Assembly: GCA_012295275.1 (NCBI GenBank)
Contig: CM022669.1
Location: 10,416,001 to 10,480,000, forward strand
Direction: 5' to 3'
Length of the DNA stretch: 64,000 bases
From: Chrysomallon squamiferum
Lineage: Eukaryota; Animalia; Mollusca
Positions within the stretch are counted from its first letter, which is position 1. The number at the start of each line of letters is the position of its first letter. Positions 43,469 through 59,496 of this stretch are shown here, in pieces. A model generated the notes under the pieces. The model was not told where the DNA came from. It did not search any database and saw only the letters and a list, made by a program, of their open reading frames with translations. The position numbers and the translations under genes are program-made.

Positions 43469-46079
43469 CCTTAATTAAAGTTTTAGCCTACACCAAATTA
43501 AATAAAAGAAACTATGTTAGACTACAAGACGGCCAAAAAGGATAAGATAAGAAATGTGAAATTAGGATAGGTTAAGTTAGGGTCAGTTAGGTTAAGACAA
43601 GAGATAATAATCAATTACAGGATAGAATAAATAACTGTAAGATAAATAGTAGGATAGGATATTATAAGTACAGGATACGTTTGTACAGGGCATGTTAAAT
43701 TAGGATTGGCTAGGTTTTAAGGACAAAATAGGATAATTTAGTGTAGAATTGGACAGGATAGGATAAATAAATACACGATACGTTATTAGAGAACAGGTTA
43801 AATAAGGATAGGATGATGATGATGATGATTATGATGATAACAAGAAAACAACAACAACAAATAAATAATTATAATCATCATCATCATTGTTGTTGCTTTT
43901 ATTCATAATAAACAGTCATGGATACAATATAATCTAAAAACCATGGAAACAAACACATATAAATGAAATAAATAACATTTATACAAAAAGCAACAAAAAA
44001 AAAAAAAAGAATGAAAGAAAGAAAAGAAAAAGAAAGAAAGAAAGAAAAGAAAAAAGAAGAAAATGGAAGAAAAAGAAAGGAGGAAATAAAGAAAAGAAAA
44101 AAGAAAAACTGGAAGAAAAAAAAAAAGAAAGAAAGAAAGAAAGAAAGAAAGAAAAGAAAAAAGACAGAGAGACAGAGAAATGACGCAGACAACAGAAGAA
44201 TCACGTCACACGGTCGTCACTTTCTCAACAGGTGTTAACATGGCAACGCTTCGTTTTAATTAACAGTCATTCACACCAGTCCCGCGCGGATCACCCACAA
44301 ACGAGGAGTTCTGGAACACGTGCATCCCGCTCTTTACTGTCTAATTTATTTCTTTACAACTAATAAACGCTTTTCACTTCTCTGTTCAATAAAAACTCGG
44401 CGCGATTGTTTCCCCGTCGCGAAAAGAAAACAGTAACTAACATCGAACATCCGGGTAATGAGGAATTAATGCGTAACGGAAAGTTATGGATGCGATTTTA
44501 CAAAACTATCAGTGCTCAACGCCTCAATATAATATTCATCATAAACGGCGGAAATTAAAGCATGGAAAGGCTGATTTCCACTATTTGCGATCGTTATTGA
44601 GTGCAGTAGGCTTTACACCATGGTATTAAATGACCGTGGATTTTTATAGGATTTGTCGTCATAGCTGACATTGACAAATAGAGAACATCAGCGTTATTGT
44701 AACTTACACCGTAAAAGAGCGATGATGGGGGAGAGAACCCGACGGATACGGAAATTGGAAATAAAGTTAGTCTTTTTATTGAAAATCGTTACTCACTTGT
44801 TGCTCGCTATCTGAGGAGTAATAGATGAGGATATTGCGATCACTGCCTGTCACCGGCAGGGGGCTGGTGATCACGTGACATCCAGTATGATGGATCGGAG
44901 TGTTGGTGTCAAGATATTAACGAGAAGGAAAGAGGTCTTGTAGTAATTTCCGATTCATATTTCTTCATAATAATTGACTTGTCTTACGCACACGATGGCC
45001 GTGTTAACAGGACTTTGTTAAAAACTCGAGCTGATCGTTACTGTTGCAACAGACACTGATAGCTTCGCCGACGTCATCCACAATTCTGAATTTTCGTCTC
45101 ACTTTTAGGCGTTGGTAGGTGATACGTATAAAGCAAATAATTTCCAGAACTTAGTAGTTAAGAAATAAAGTTATCCTAAAGAGATAACAAACAAAACAAA
45201 ACAAAACCAACAAAATAAATAAATAAATAAAAATAAAAAATAAAAAAATAGAAATAAAGGTGCCTAAAGGTTATTAAATAATAAATTATTTTATTTTTCA
45301 TTACAATTAATCAATTTTTAATGTTTATAATGTTCCTCTGCTGTATACAAACCGAACCTCAAACTCCAGGAAAAAAATTTGAAATAATATAATATAATAT
45401 AATATAATATAATATAATATAATATAATATAATATAATATAACATAATATAATATAACATAACATAATATAATATAATATCAAAATGAATAAATAAATAA
45501 ATATATAAATAAAAACAGCAATTAAAACAGTGATGATCATAACAACAAGAAACCATGACAAATAGCAAAAAATAAACACCAACAACAGCATTGAATAAAA
45601 CAAAAACAATAATAATAGTAGTAGCAGCAGCAGTAATAGCAATATATAGATAAATAAATAAATAAATAAATAAATAATATCTTTATCGCGATCTTCGTTA
45701 TCTTTATAATAATCATATACTTAATTATATTTAAATTGATTTTGCACGACCAGTTGTTTTTGAAATTTAATCCAATGCACTTGCTTAAATTTATTGTTGT
45801 ATAAATAAATGTTCCTGTATTACTTCAAGGTAACTGAATTTTGAATGCAAATGAGTAATTTGAAGTATAAACATAAGTGTTTCTTTTTTTTATGAACTGA
45901 AATGTTGTTCAATTACTTCCTATTTAGAAAACCACATACATTGTATGTTTTAGATAGGCAAAAACAGTGACGTAAAACATAAATAAACACTCACTAGTAA
46001 ATAAAAAATAAAAGAATAAAAGAATAAATAAATAAATAAATAAATAAGTAAATAAATAAATGATATCTATTACTGTTAA

Positions 46080-46129
<50 letters not shown>

Positions 46130-48243
46130 GTATTATTTTATCATCATTATCTTTATCATTCTTTTAAAAAATGTATTTAAGAGATCAAAAAAAAAAAAAA
46201 AAAAAAAAAAATAACAGAAAGAAACATGACAATTAAAAAATTAAGAATAACAAATACAGTAACCAGAAATATCATCACGTCATCATCATTATCAAAAAAA
46301 TATTTCATAAAAATGCAACAAACATGACAACAACAACAACAACAAAAAAAAAATCATAAAAGAAAGTTAAGTTTGCTAAAAGACAAAGAAACACGCAAAC
46401 AAATCTATTTGCAAATGAACAATTAATAAACCGTATTTTTCTACTGAGCATCATTAGAGAGGACAAGATGAAATAAAACGAACGCTAGTGACAAATCTGC
46501 GCGGCATTCACGTGTAACAAGCAGATTCTGTGGATGGGCCGTTTATTAGAAGAACTTGCTGGAAGTCATGATTTAAAGATAGCCCATAGACAAGCGAAAA
46601 ACCACTTTTTCATTATCGTTCTCCACCAACGTTAACTAATGCGTAATCACATCACATTCATTCTGGTTACTTTCAATTTGTTTCAAACATGCAATCAAAA
46701 TTCAAAATGGAGGGTTTGACATCGTAACGTGCGTTATTACCCTCGTTGAGTTCGGCGGTGCTGGGGCAGAAACCGCCCCTGGCGGGACAGGCCAGCGTAG
46801 GATGCTTTTATAATTGCGTCTCTTCCAGTGTGCAGCGGTTTTAATCAAACAGACATCGGTGTGTGTTTGATTTCGTTGGTCACGTGACGTGATTTAATCA
46901 AAACGCGCCTTCGGGAGATGAAGAGTTCTTGTCCATGCTGTTCCGCTAGGATTTTGTCAAACTGTGCTGATGAATTAATTGTTAAACGATGTTTCAGACA
47001 GATAGACGATTTCTTTTCTTCCAGTTGTGTTCTTTGTTTGCCTTTGTGTCAACATCGTCGTATGATATTACAGTATCAGTCTAAAGTGATGATGTGTTGT
47101 TGTGGTTCGTAGTAACGTGTCACCCTTGCACTTCTTTATCATATCCTTGATAATTAGCACCATCTTAATCTCTGTAAACACATAACATATTCTGTATGAC
47201 AATTACAGCGATTATTATCATTCTTGTAGTCATCATGACAGACTGTATAACCATCATTATCAATCATCGTCATCAACAGCATTAGCAGCAGCACAGTCAT
47301 CACCGTTATCGCATTACTACTGCTACTACTTCTACTACTACTACTGTTATTATTATTTGTAGTAGTAGTAGTAACAGAATCATCGTTATTATTAGTTATC
47401 ACCATCATTATTATTAGTAGAAGTAGTTGTTGTAGTAGTAATAGTAATAGTAGTAGTAGAATCATTATTGTAGTTAGTATTATCTTTATTATTACTGTTA
47501 TTGTTGTTGTTATTATTATTACTATTATTATTAGTAGTAGTAGTAGTAGCAGTAATAATAGTAATAGAAAAATTATTATTATTGTTGTTGCTGTTGCTGT
47601 TGTTATTATCATTATACTGTTATTAACTATGACAGTCATAACGACCAGTGCCTATTTTATTTTTATCGATTTCATCAGCAACACCTTTAGAACGTATCAC
47701 CATATGATCATCAGTACAACCACAGTGTAGCTGCCGTCGTCAAAGAAGCGTCATCAATTTCTGATCAGCGCCTTGAATGATGATATTCCTCAACTTTTCA
47801 TATGATCATCATCTCTTCGTCTTACAGCGATCATCATATCATCATGTTTGTTGACGAGATTACTCACGTAATCTTTAAAATATTTGCTTGCAGCATCTTT
47901 CTGACTGAGTATCAGAAATTTGTTTGGGAAAAAAAATTAATTAATTTTTTTTTTTCTTCTTTTGATAAATTCAATTATAATATAAACCGTTTAAGAAAAT
48001 ATGATGATATTTTTTCTTTTTCTTTTTATTTTGCTTACAAATAAAAATGAGAAATTATTGTTAAGTTAGTTGTCCTTGGTTGAGCTGGTTTCCTGCAAAT
48101 TATAATTTTTGAAAATTTCATATGTATATGTATATGTAAATGTAAATGTATGTATGTATGTGTATATATACATAATAAAATATATATTAACACAACAGGG
48201 ATGGGATGTATAAAGAGATAGTTTTAGAGTTCTGTTGTATGTT

Positions 48244-48434
<191 letters not shown>

Positions 48435-50210
48435 CCATTTCCTATATGATCAGTAATTACCCCCAGAGAGAGATTTGAAACCATGTAACCACTTTAAAGC
48501 TAATTTTTGGTACAATATCGAACTTTCAGAACTGACCACCGAGTGCTCGCTACTGCGCATGCTCGTCGCTCGGCTCATTTTATGGTTTGTCGTAATCTGA
48601 TTGATTCAAGTTTGCCGATCTGACGGCCCTTCCCTGTGACAAATCATATTACACAATGTCAATTCCCTGTGAATGCAACTATAGAAAAGAAATTTGCGGC
48701 GCCGTGGTACGGCGGAGAAAACAAGACAATTCCTTGTCGCGCGATTCCCGACAAATTAAGTGATCGCTGTCGGAAGGACGTCATTTAGCAGATAGCTTCC
48801 GCTTTGACATATTTAGACGACGTATGATTAGTTCGAGCTGGCAATTATCTTAGAATCGAATGTTGGCGGGCTCGAATAAAGCGAAGACCTCAAGCGGAAC
48901 TTATTCATTAGTTTGTTTCCCAGCTAAAACTCGCATCCGAAAAAAGACACGGAAAGAGGATCAGCGACACTAATTTCTTAGCCCTTGAAGTCCATGCGCG
49001 CTCGACAAGACTTACATGATTGCTCCATTGTGGAGAGTCGTCAGCGGTAGGTTCCAAGCCACGTTTCATAATTTCATGGCACCATGATCTTACGACTTAG
49101 GGATTTCTTGAAATGGGCAATAGAAAAGTTTTTCCCACATAATCATATTTACGAGGGATTTTCTCGGAAGCGTCTTCCTTTGAGCAGAGTCAAGCTAATA
49201 GGATTATAGAAAGCAAATTATTCCATTAAAACCCGTGATGGAGCGGCGATTCCGGGCTCTCATTTTCTGCTTGATTGCTTTAATCTGTGACAATCTTGCA
49301 AAGGTTACAAGCTTACAAAATTTTGCCGTGCGAGAGAATATTGCAAGTTGTCTACAAAGAAAGAAAACAAACAGAAAAGAACCTGTAAATTGAAATTACC
49401 ATCCATTTTTATGACCCAAAGGTAAATAGAAAATAAGACTGGGAGTTTAATTCCACGCATTACATCTGAAATCAAATCACCTTAGACAATTTATGGCCAG
49501 ACAATTGGATTCTTGCAGAGAGTCAAGTAATAAAACTGTTGGCGAATAAAAATTTGTATTTGACTTGTTTCGAATAAAGTATCATCCTTGAATGTGAATA
49601 AAATATCAGAAGGAAGTTTTAGATACGAGTGACTATTGTATTTTAAAGCATGCTTCCTTCGGATGAAACATTTAAGTATGATAGTCATAGCTTTTATTTT
49701 TTTTAACTTCTTCAGATACTGAATAGTTTGATATTGTATTTTTTTTTTTTTTTTAATATTCAAGGATTTAAAATTGAATTCCATGATTCATTGTGTGTTT
49801 AAGCCTATGAGTCTGTTACAACAAACACCTGCAGATTTTTCAAATATATCAGCAGTATTAGTAGTTGTTACAGTAGCGGACGTAGTGGCAGTATTAGTAG
49901 ATCTTGTACTAGTAATATACGTAGTAGTAGAAGTAGTAGCAGGAACAACAGTAGTAGCTGTTATTACTGGATGTTCCATAAAGCAATTTTTTAAATCTAG
50001 CAATTTCTCAAATAAATATGCAGTGGTAATATCAGTAGAAATGTAGCAATAAAAACAGTAGTAGTAAAATTATTTTTATTATTATTAGCAGTAGTAGTAG
50101 CAGTAGTGATAGTAGTAGTAGTAGTAGCAGTAGTAATAGTGGTAGTAGTAGTAGAAGCAGCTGTAATGGTGGTAGTAATAGCAACAGCAGTAATAATAGA
50201 GGTAGTAGTT

Positions 50211-50292
<82 letters not shown>

Positions 50293-50634
50293 CAGTAGTA
50301 GTAGTAGTAGTAGCAGTAGTTGTAGTAGCTTACCAGCTCTCGTATATTTGTACGATTTCTTATTTTTAAAAATTGCTAATATTTAAAAACATGTGTGTCA
50401 ATGTTTTTGTATAACTGATACATATAGCTGCCATATATTTTGCTCCAATCTTAAAGTCAGATATACAGACCAAGAATTGTACATATAATATGAAAAGATA
50501 TATTGTTAACTGAGAAACAAAATTGTAAATAAAATGACCCAAACAAAGAAATAAATACAGAAAGAAAGAAAGAAAAAAATAACATATAAACAACAACAAC
50601 GACAATACCAAAAAAAAAAAAAAAAAAAAAAAAA

Positions 50635-50674
<40 letters not shown>

Positions 50675-53600
50675 TTGAAACATTTCCGACTATAGAAATT
50701 ATTAAAGATAAAATAGATATAAATAATATCTCAGTTATAGTTCTACGAGTGAATATTTTAATACCCACCTTTATGTTCTGAAATAACAGAAACGAAGTCG
50801 CAAGGAAATCTTTTGTTGAGTTAAGTTGCCAAGTAAAACGTAACGCTTTTCTTTATGACGTCATAAAATTAAAGCGACATAAGTACATTTGTTTGTTGTT
50901 TAAAAAATTAAAAATAATTATTATTAATTAATTTAATTATCATTTTGTCTCTGTCAGTTTGCTTTAAAATCAAAATCGTTGACTTTAAACATTAGTAGAT
51001 AAATACTACTATCTATTTATCTGTCTTGATTTATAAATATATATTTGTTTATTTACTAAGTTATTCATTTATTTACTAATTTACTAAATTACTGTGTTAC
51101 ATGTTGTGTTAGAAGTAATTTAACCTGCACACAGAACGCAACCTTCTGGCACGCCTGAAATATGGCTGTAAAATTGTAAAGCCCCTGGTGTGGTGTAAAA
51201 ACCCCGTAACTTTCGTCTTGTGCAGGTCTTAGATATGTTATACAGCTTAGCCTCCTACATCTTGTCTCCCACAGAAGAGAAATTATGAATCGGCTAGGAA
51301 TTATTTATAAGCCACGGCAAGTGATTTTTATTATTTATTTATTTATTACTTTATTTATTTATTTATTTTTATCGTTTATTCATTTACTATTTTGTGATAA
51401 TGTTTTAAATTTTACTTTGTATGAAATAAATTGCATATTAATTAGATAATCTTAAATAGTTCTTATGTATATGCGCGCGCGCTCTCTAGAAATGATATAA
51501 TAACGACGTACTCTCTGTTTGTCTATAGCCAAAGTATGTTTGTGTGCATATATATATATATATAGTATCTATCCGTGCCTGGGTCGATAGAAAAAAAAAA
51601 AGTGGTTAAAATATTTTCAATGCAGCTGTATAATAACAAATGTACATGCTTGTCTGTTAATTTTAGTTTTTTTGTTTTGTTTTTTTATAACGGCACGCGC
51701 CGCTACTACGAAGTAATAATAATATATGAAGCTCTGATCAAAAGGCCACACAACAAAAACTCTTCAATAAAAGAAGACAATCTCACACGGTCGTATTTAA
51801 CAGGACAACGGGGTTCAACGCGCTTCAGTGATCGTACATTTCCAGCGTTGCTGATTTTCATACGACTGGAAATGGGCAATCTCTCTCTCTCTCTCGTCAT
51901 TAGCACGTATATTAAACGACATGCATTGTGGAGAAATTTATTATCTGTGATTTGAAAAACTATAATTTCTGAGAGCCGAATCAATTCCCACCTGTACAGT
52001 TATTAAACGTAGAATTTCATTCATTTTGTTTCCACAGTGAATACGCAGACCTTTTTTTCCACTCTTTCCTTTTGTCATTTATGGTCAAAGGAAAAAAAAA
52101 AAAAATAAAAAAAAAAAAAATAAATACAGATGCTAAAAAGATACAGAAAGAGGTGGGAAAAAATCATAAAATAATAGTTGTTAGTAATTGTAGAAAGTCA
52201 CAAGGTGTGAATGACAGCGACATTGTAAATTGGATTTTTTATTTCGTATTATAAAGTTGTGTCTTGTTGACTGCAGTATTACGACACTGGGTGACTATAG
52301 AAACATTACAATGGGGTGTGTGGAAAATTTGTTTTGTCAGTGTTGTCGTCATTGTAACTTTTTATTTCATCCACCTTTGTTTGTCTGGCTTCCATAGAAC
52401 CGCACGTGCAAATAAATTATTTACGCTTTTGTTCGGCTGAAATAGAAAAAAGGTAATTCATATATCTAAAATGTGTAATACCTTGGGTTTCTGTACTATT
52501 GATTGTATTACATGATACTAAGAAAAAAAAAAAAAAAAAAATTTGTCTCTATGTTTGTCTGTCTGTCTGTTTGTTTGTCTCTCTTTTTCACACATACATG
52601 AACACACGGTCACAGATATTCGTAAAAAGACACACAAAAAATTTCGACAAATAGTCAAAACATTCTCCTTTCGTTTCGTTCACTGTCTGCATTCACGAAA
52701 CCACGCAGACCGGCTCGCACAGCCTGGAAACATCCGCACAGACACAGAAAGAGAGAGAGAGAAAGCGAGAGAAAAAAAGGGAAAAGGAGGAAGAGAGAGA
52801 AATAGAAAAATAGAGAAAAAACAACAAAAAAAAAGAAGAAGAGAAGTAAAAGAAAGAAAAAGAGAGAGGAAGAGAGGGAAGGAAAGAGAGAGAAAGATAG
52901 AAATAGAAAAAGAAAGTAGAAGAAAGAAAAATAGATAGAAAGAAAGAAAGAGAGACACAGACACAGTCGTCAGTATCATACCCAACACCCATTTTTCTTA
53001 ATATACATTTTCAATCAGTAAACATTCTTAAAGAAAACACGTGAAAACTTCTTCTTTAAAACCGTCTTACAACTTTACTACGATGCATCATCACCAACAA
53101 TGAAAATTGTTTCTTTTTTATTTTGTTTTTTTGTTTTGCTTTAATGTCGCGCTTTGACCTCGCTTCTGTCGCTTCCAGTTGATGTTTCATCTAAATGCAA
53201 ATCAGCAGGACTTCTCGAGGCACAGATTACTTAATCAGAGGACGTTTGACGTTTTTCAGTTCATTACCATTTGCACTTGACACTTCGCAGCTTTTTTGAT
53301 TCGCTGATAAAAACACGCTGGACAACAACACCTCCCTGATATTAGAGTTACCTGCACTTACCTCGCGATATATCAGATGTACCTAACAGCACATCATAAA
53401 CATTCTTTTGTCACCACCTGTCAACAGAGCACAGAAAGCAGCTTACTAGTGCTTTTTAAATGGTCATAATAACCAGGATCCATTTCTGAAGCTTTTATGT
53501 GTTTTAAAATAATGTTTTGACTTTTGAAATAACATTATAAATGGTTTTTCATTTTATATATATATATAATTATATATGGACATGCATGATTTATACGTTA

Positions 53601-55621
53601 ACATTTCTGGTTAAAAGAAAATAATTTCTTTTTTCGTAAAACAATAAAAATAGATATATATATATAGCGTTTAGGAAAATATCTCTTCATATGGACTTAC
53701 ACATATACAAATATTTATTTCATACGAATAATTAATATTCTTTTAAGTTTTTAACCAAATTGCAAACCATTTTTTTTTTTAAATATATATTTAAACATGT
53801 TCCAAATGAAATAATTTTATAATTTAACTATAACGATTTTAAACAAAAAAAAAAAGATAAAAAAAGAAGAAAAGAAAAGAGGTGACAATAGAGAGCCTGG
53901 TAAATGAACACACTAGTACAAGCTTAGAAATGTGAAGGGCTGCATCATTAAGGATTCTTGGCGATCTTAATCGTTTAATTCGTACGAAAACGTGAAAAAA
54001 AAAAAAAAAAAAAAATTGTATGCAGATTGTTTTGTCTACACTTTATTTATCGACTCTGTTTATTAAAAATCCTATTGTCATTCAGCGAGAAAGCAGAGAA
54101 ATATCTGACACCTGCTATGCTCATCTCGTCACTTTTTTTCAAATTTCTATTTTATTTTATCAAGTAACGTGAACTTACAACGAGATCAGCTGATAGCACG
54201 CTCCGACTGTAATTAACTGCTGCGTCCACGTGACAAAACAAAGCGATTTGGCACTCGTGACCTCTTCCTTTAGTATTCTCTACCTCATACTGCGGCGCAC
54301 CCAACCACACTTTTCTTTTCTTTTTTTTTTTTTTTTTTTTTAAAAAGGACTGTCGAATTATCGAGTTGACGTAGCCGTGACTCGGTCAACACTGAAGAAG
54401 AGAGAAGAGAAGAAAAAAAAAACGTCGGGGTTGACGATGTAGATATTTGATATGAACTGGCTGGGTGATCGTTCTATTAGTGACTTCTTGACGTCGTATA
54501 GGATGTCTTGCAAGGTGTTGTGTTCACACCTGCAATCAATAGACTCGTTTCGCTGTCATCATATAACGACACGTTCAGAAGGTTCGGTATAAAAGTATTG
54601 TTTCCCCCACGCGCTTGGTTTTCCTTCACTGTCGTGGAATATTGATAAAAAAAAAAAAAAAAAATGTTCAAGAAAGAATTGACGAAATTTCTCTCGAAAT
54701 TTTAAGTTAATAATAATAATCTTAGGTATAATTTTGTTCTGATCCCCGTGTTAATGATAATCTTTGAAAAAAAAAAAAAAAAAAAATAAGTCAAAAAAAG
54801 AAAAAAAAAAAATAATAAAAAAAAAAAAAAAAATTAAAAATGAGTTTGAATGTTAAAGAGAAACCAAAAACATGATGGTGATAGAAATACAAAAAGAAAA
54901 ATAAAAAAAAGTAAAAAAAAGAAGTAAAAAAATAACAACAACAAAACAACGAAAAACAATTAAGAATGAAAGGTGTAAGGAGATAAAAAAAAAAAAAAAA
55001 AAAAAAAAAAGGAAATATTTTTATGAAAGAATTGCTTAACTGTGCAATAATAAATAATACAAGATAGAAAAACTGACTAAAGTACAATGAAATAAAATAA
55101 AACTGAATACATCAATTAACAATGAAATAAAAGCTTTTTAATCTAACTGTGTGAGTTATTTTTGAAATTCTTTCTATCACCGCATTTCTCATAAATAATA
55201 ATTATAAAAAAAAAAAATAACATGTATCCATCCAATCGTGCATTTTCTTTTTCAACTTTTTTTTTCAGATGTTAAAAAACTGGAATAAAGATGACATTCC
55301 CGAACGGTCACGTGCACGCTCTCGCAAACGCGTGCATGAACTTAGGTTGTTTGAAAAGAGCTCGTGCCGTCACATCGCACACTTCGAGAAAAACAAACAA
55401 ACCAGATGAAAACCTGGAATAATAATAAAACAACTAAGCATCACAATGAAAAAGAAAAGGTGAACTAAGGAAGGTGAAAGAAAAATCTTGTCAAGTGTTT
55501 TATGATGAAGTTGTTAGCGACGAGTCTGGAGAGTCTTGTCTCAGTGAAGTTGTCAATGGCTGAAGTTTGGTATAATTTACACGTATTATCAAGTAGTTTT
55601 GTGGAATTTAAAAAATATATT

Positions 55622-55782
<161 letters not shown>

Positions 55783-56704
55783 GTACACACATACTCCAAT
55801 ACAGTAAAATAAATAAATTAATTTTAATATTTTGTTCGATCAACAACAACAAAAGAATTATAAAACAAAATGATAATGATATTAAATTAAAAAAATAATA
55901 ATTTGAAAAAATATTTAAAAAACCCAACTAATAACAACAATACCAATAATATAAACAGTGGTATGAACAACAGTAAGAAGAAGAAGAAGAAGAAGATAAT
56001 GATGACGATGATGATGATGAAGAAGAAGAAGAAGAAGAAGAAGAAGAAGAAGAAGAAGAAGAAGAAGAAGAAGAAGAAGCCGATAATAAATAATAAATAA
56101 ATAATGACCAACACTGCATTAATTAATTCAGTCATAAAAAAACCTAGTTATCTCCAAAATGAAATTTTTATAAAGTAACAGATATTGTAATCTTTAATGA
56201 GCCACTTCTCATTTTAAACACATGAATAACTTCATTATATCCGTACACCAAACTGATAATTACAGAAGAGGGAACGCTGAAGGTTACTGTCATATCGCTA
56301 TAATTTATACACACATTTTGCCCTCAACGTTAACATTTTCACTTTTTATTAACCACGGAAGGTGACACATACCCGAGGAGTTGGGGAGTGTGGCAATATA
56401 CAACAGGTGACTTGTTAGAACTGCACGTCATCACATCAGATAGGACCGCGCCAGACAATGCCTTCATCAGTGCGTGGCGTTTATTGGCGATTCCAATATC
56501 ACAGGTGTTTGGTATTATAACACTTTATGCCTGATCGTAGTTTATGGGGCGAAATTGGTGAAAATAAATTCTTCTTACGTTCAAGTCGTATGCCGATCCA
56601 GGTGATGATTCATAGATCCATCGGGATGGTGGGATTGGATCCAAGTATTGCAGGTGGATCCAAGGAGTTTTGGTAGCCGAACTGTCAACAGTTTTAAAAT
56701 TTAG

Positions 56705-57380
56705 TACTACTACTACTACTACTACTACAATTACTACTACTACTACTATTTCTGCTACTACTACTGCTGCTACTACTACTGTTGCTGCTACTACTACTAC
56801 TACAACTGTACTACTACTACTATTACTATTATTACTATTATTGCTACTATTGCTACTGCTACTATTCCTACTACTATTACTACTTCTACTACAATTACCA
56901 CTACTACTACTACTAATATTACTGCAACTGCTACTATTACTCCAACTACTACTACTATTACTACTACTACTGCTGCTGCCTCTTCTACAACTGCTACTAC
57001 TACAGCTACCAACACTGTTACTGTTACTGCTGCTACTACTACTACTGCTACTACTGCTAACACTACATTGTTACTACTACTATTACTACAACTACTTTTA
57101 GCAGTATTTACTGGTGCTGTTACCACTATACAATTATTATTACAATTATTGTTCCTACTACAAATACTTCTACTATTATTATTACTAACGCTACTTCTAC
57201 TACTGCTATTACTGCTAATATTACTTCTTCTACAATTGCTAGTGCTACTACTACTATTGCTACTACAATAACTACCATTACTACTAGTACAAAAACAATT
57301 ACTGCTACAATTGCTACTACCATTACTACTACCACTACTGCTGCTGCTGCTGCTGCTGCTGCTACTACTATTAAAACTAC
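56705..57380. repeat. Degenerate (TAC/TGC)n triplet array
   Basis: Direct reading. Confidence 0.9.
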
Positions 57381-58155
57381 TGCTCTTATTTATTTATTTT
57401 TATTGTTATCTATCAATATCTTTGTTAACGGTCTTTAAAATGAAACACGTTTCATCATGAAAACTGTATCCTCTTCAACTGCAGTTTTTTTGTGCGAACG
57501 TGGATAGCTATTGGAAATCTCTTACACTGTTTCCTATGATAGTTCTTATTAACCTACAGTGATATTAATAAACTGCTTAAAACAAAGTTGCCAGTATTAA
57601 AAATTTAAATAAACAAGCTAAAAAACGCCAGAGGATTCTTTCATAACAAGACTACTTTTTACGTTGCCGTGTTGACGCAACCTAATAATAACCCTTACAA
57701 GAACACATAGAGTTTTGAAATTTGGAGAGTTTTTATTTTTTATTTTTATTTTTAAATAATAATACAAAAAAAAAAAAAAAAATACAAAAAAATACAAAAA
57801 ATAAAATAAATAAATAAATAAATTAAAAATAATAATAATAAAAAATAAAAAATAAAATTACAAAAAAAACCCATCAATTGTTATCTCTTTTACATTATTC
57901 TCTGTTAATTGATAACTTGGCGAGTAGAATATTGGCATATTAAATTTTTTTGTTTTGTTTATTCATATCCTAGTGGACAAATGAATGGTTATTTAATGAT
58001 ACTCCAGTGTTGACTAATCCCAAGAAAATGGTGAAGGAAAGAATAAGATACAAGTTGTTCTAAAGAAATTTTATTATTATTATTATTATTATTATTATCA
58101 TTATTATTATTAATTATTATTATTATTATTATTATTAAAATTATAAATTAAAAAA

Positions 58156-58197
<42 letters not shown>

Positions 58198-58330
58198 TAA
58201 TAATAATAGTGTACATTAATTTTGTAGCATCCTCTCAAAAAGTATTCTTACTTTCTTACTACATAGATAGTAAAGGTCGAAGGACAAAAATTGTAACTTA
58301 GAAATATAAATAATAATGCATTATTTATTA

Positions 58331-58391
<61 letters not shown>

Positions 58392-59373
58392 GAACAAAAA
58401 CATGTGTTTTAAAAGCTTAGAACCTAAGCAAGGGCGGGGTCAGTATATCAGTCGATTACAATTCAAACTGTCAAGTGTACAACGTTGTTGTCGTCGTCGT
58501 ATCATCGTTAGCCAAACAAAATCGTCCCCTATCACTAACAGCTGTCTTTTATCACAGAGAAAATATAATAATAAAAAAAAACAGAGATCGGTTTACATCA
58601 AAGTCGTTTTCCAACACTTTTCATTTTATCTCATAAAGCAAGGCTTGTTCAAGGGTAGAACAGAACAATCAGGTTTCTTTTTTTCTATTATTATTATTTA
58701 GCAAGGAGATTCGGCTGACAGGAATACAGTAAACATTAAGATAACCGTCATCTTCAGAAACTGGGCGTATCTGTGGGCGTAACTGGTTTTTTATTCTGTT
58801 TTGATGCGGTGGAAAAAAAAAAGATGAAAAAAGCCAAGCGTAATTCGCAGTGGTGCCGTCTTGATCATAAATACAGGTACCGTGGTATCAATGCATGGGC
58901 AAGACATCACATGTAGGTACCCCGTACGCAGATATTGCTAATATCGTCCATAACGTCCGCTCCAATGCTCGCGCAATTTACGTGGCTACTCTAAAGAAAC
59001 GGGGAAAAAAAAAAAAAAGCTTTGCTGCAGGATTTCCAAATGCAGGTGTGAGACCAAAAGAACAGGTGCGCATGTCAGTGCACATGCGGGTTTCCTCTCA
59101 CGCACTGCAATTTCATAGCTGTTTCTTTGTGTGCTTAATGAACGGATATTAAGCGAAAGGACGTGATAATTCATTTGATCAGGGGCATGAAATAAAAGGA
59201 ATCGAAATTAAAAAGTTATTTATTTCCGACAAAGGTGTAACGGTTTTGATTTAATAAAAATATCTGTAAAACTAATAACAGCAATGAAGGTAACAACAAC
59301 AGGAAAATAAATAAATAAATAAGTGGAAAAGCAGATAATAAGAATAATGTAATAAAAATTGATTGTGTGTTTG

Positions 59374-59496
<123 letters not shown>

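Noticed and set aside
43540-43812. TTAGG/TTAGGG-containing tract as an interstitial telomere
   Set aside because: A single TTAGGG in a degenerate AGGAT/AGGTT pentamer satellite
51575-51984. Overlapping 126-aa and 92-aa ORFs
   Set aside because: The 126-aa ORF starts at GTG; neither has a recognisable motif or splice support
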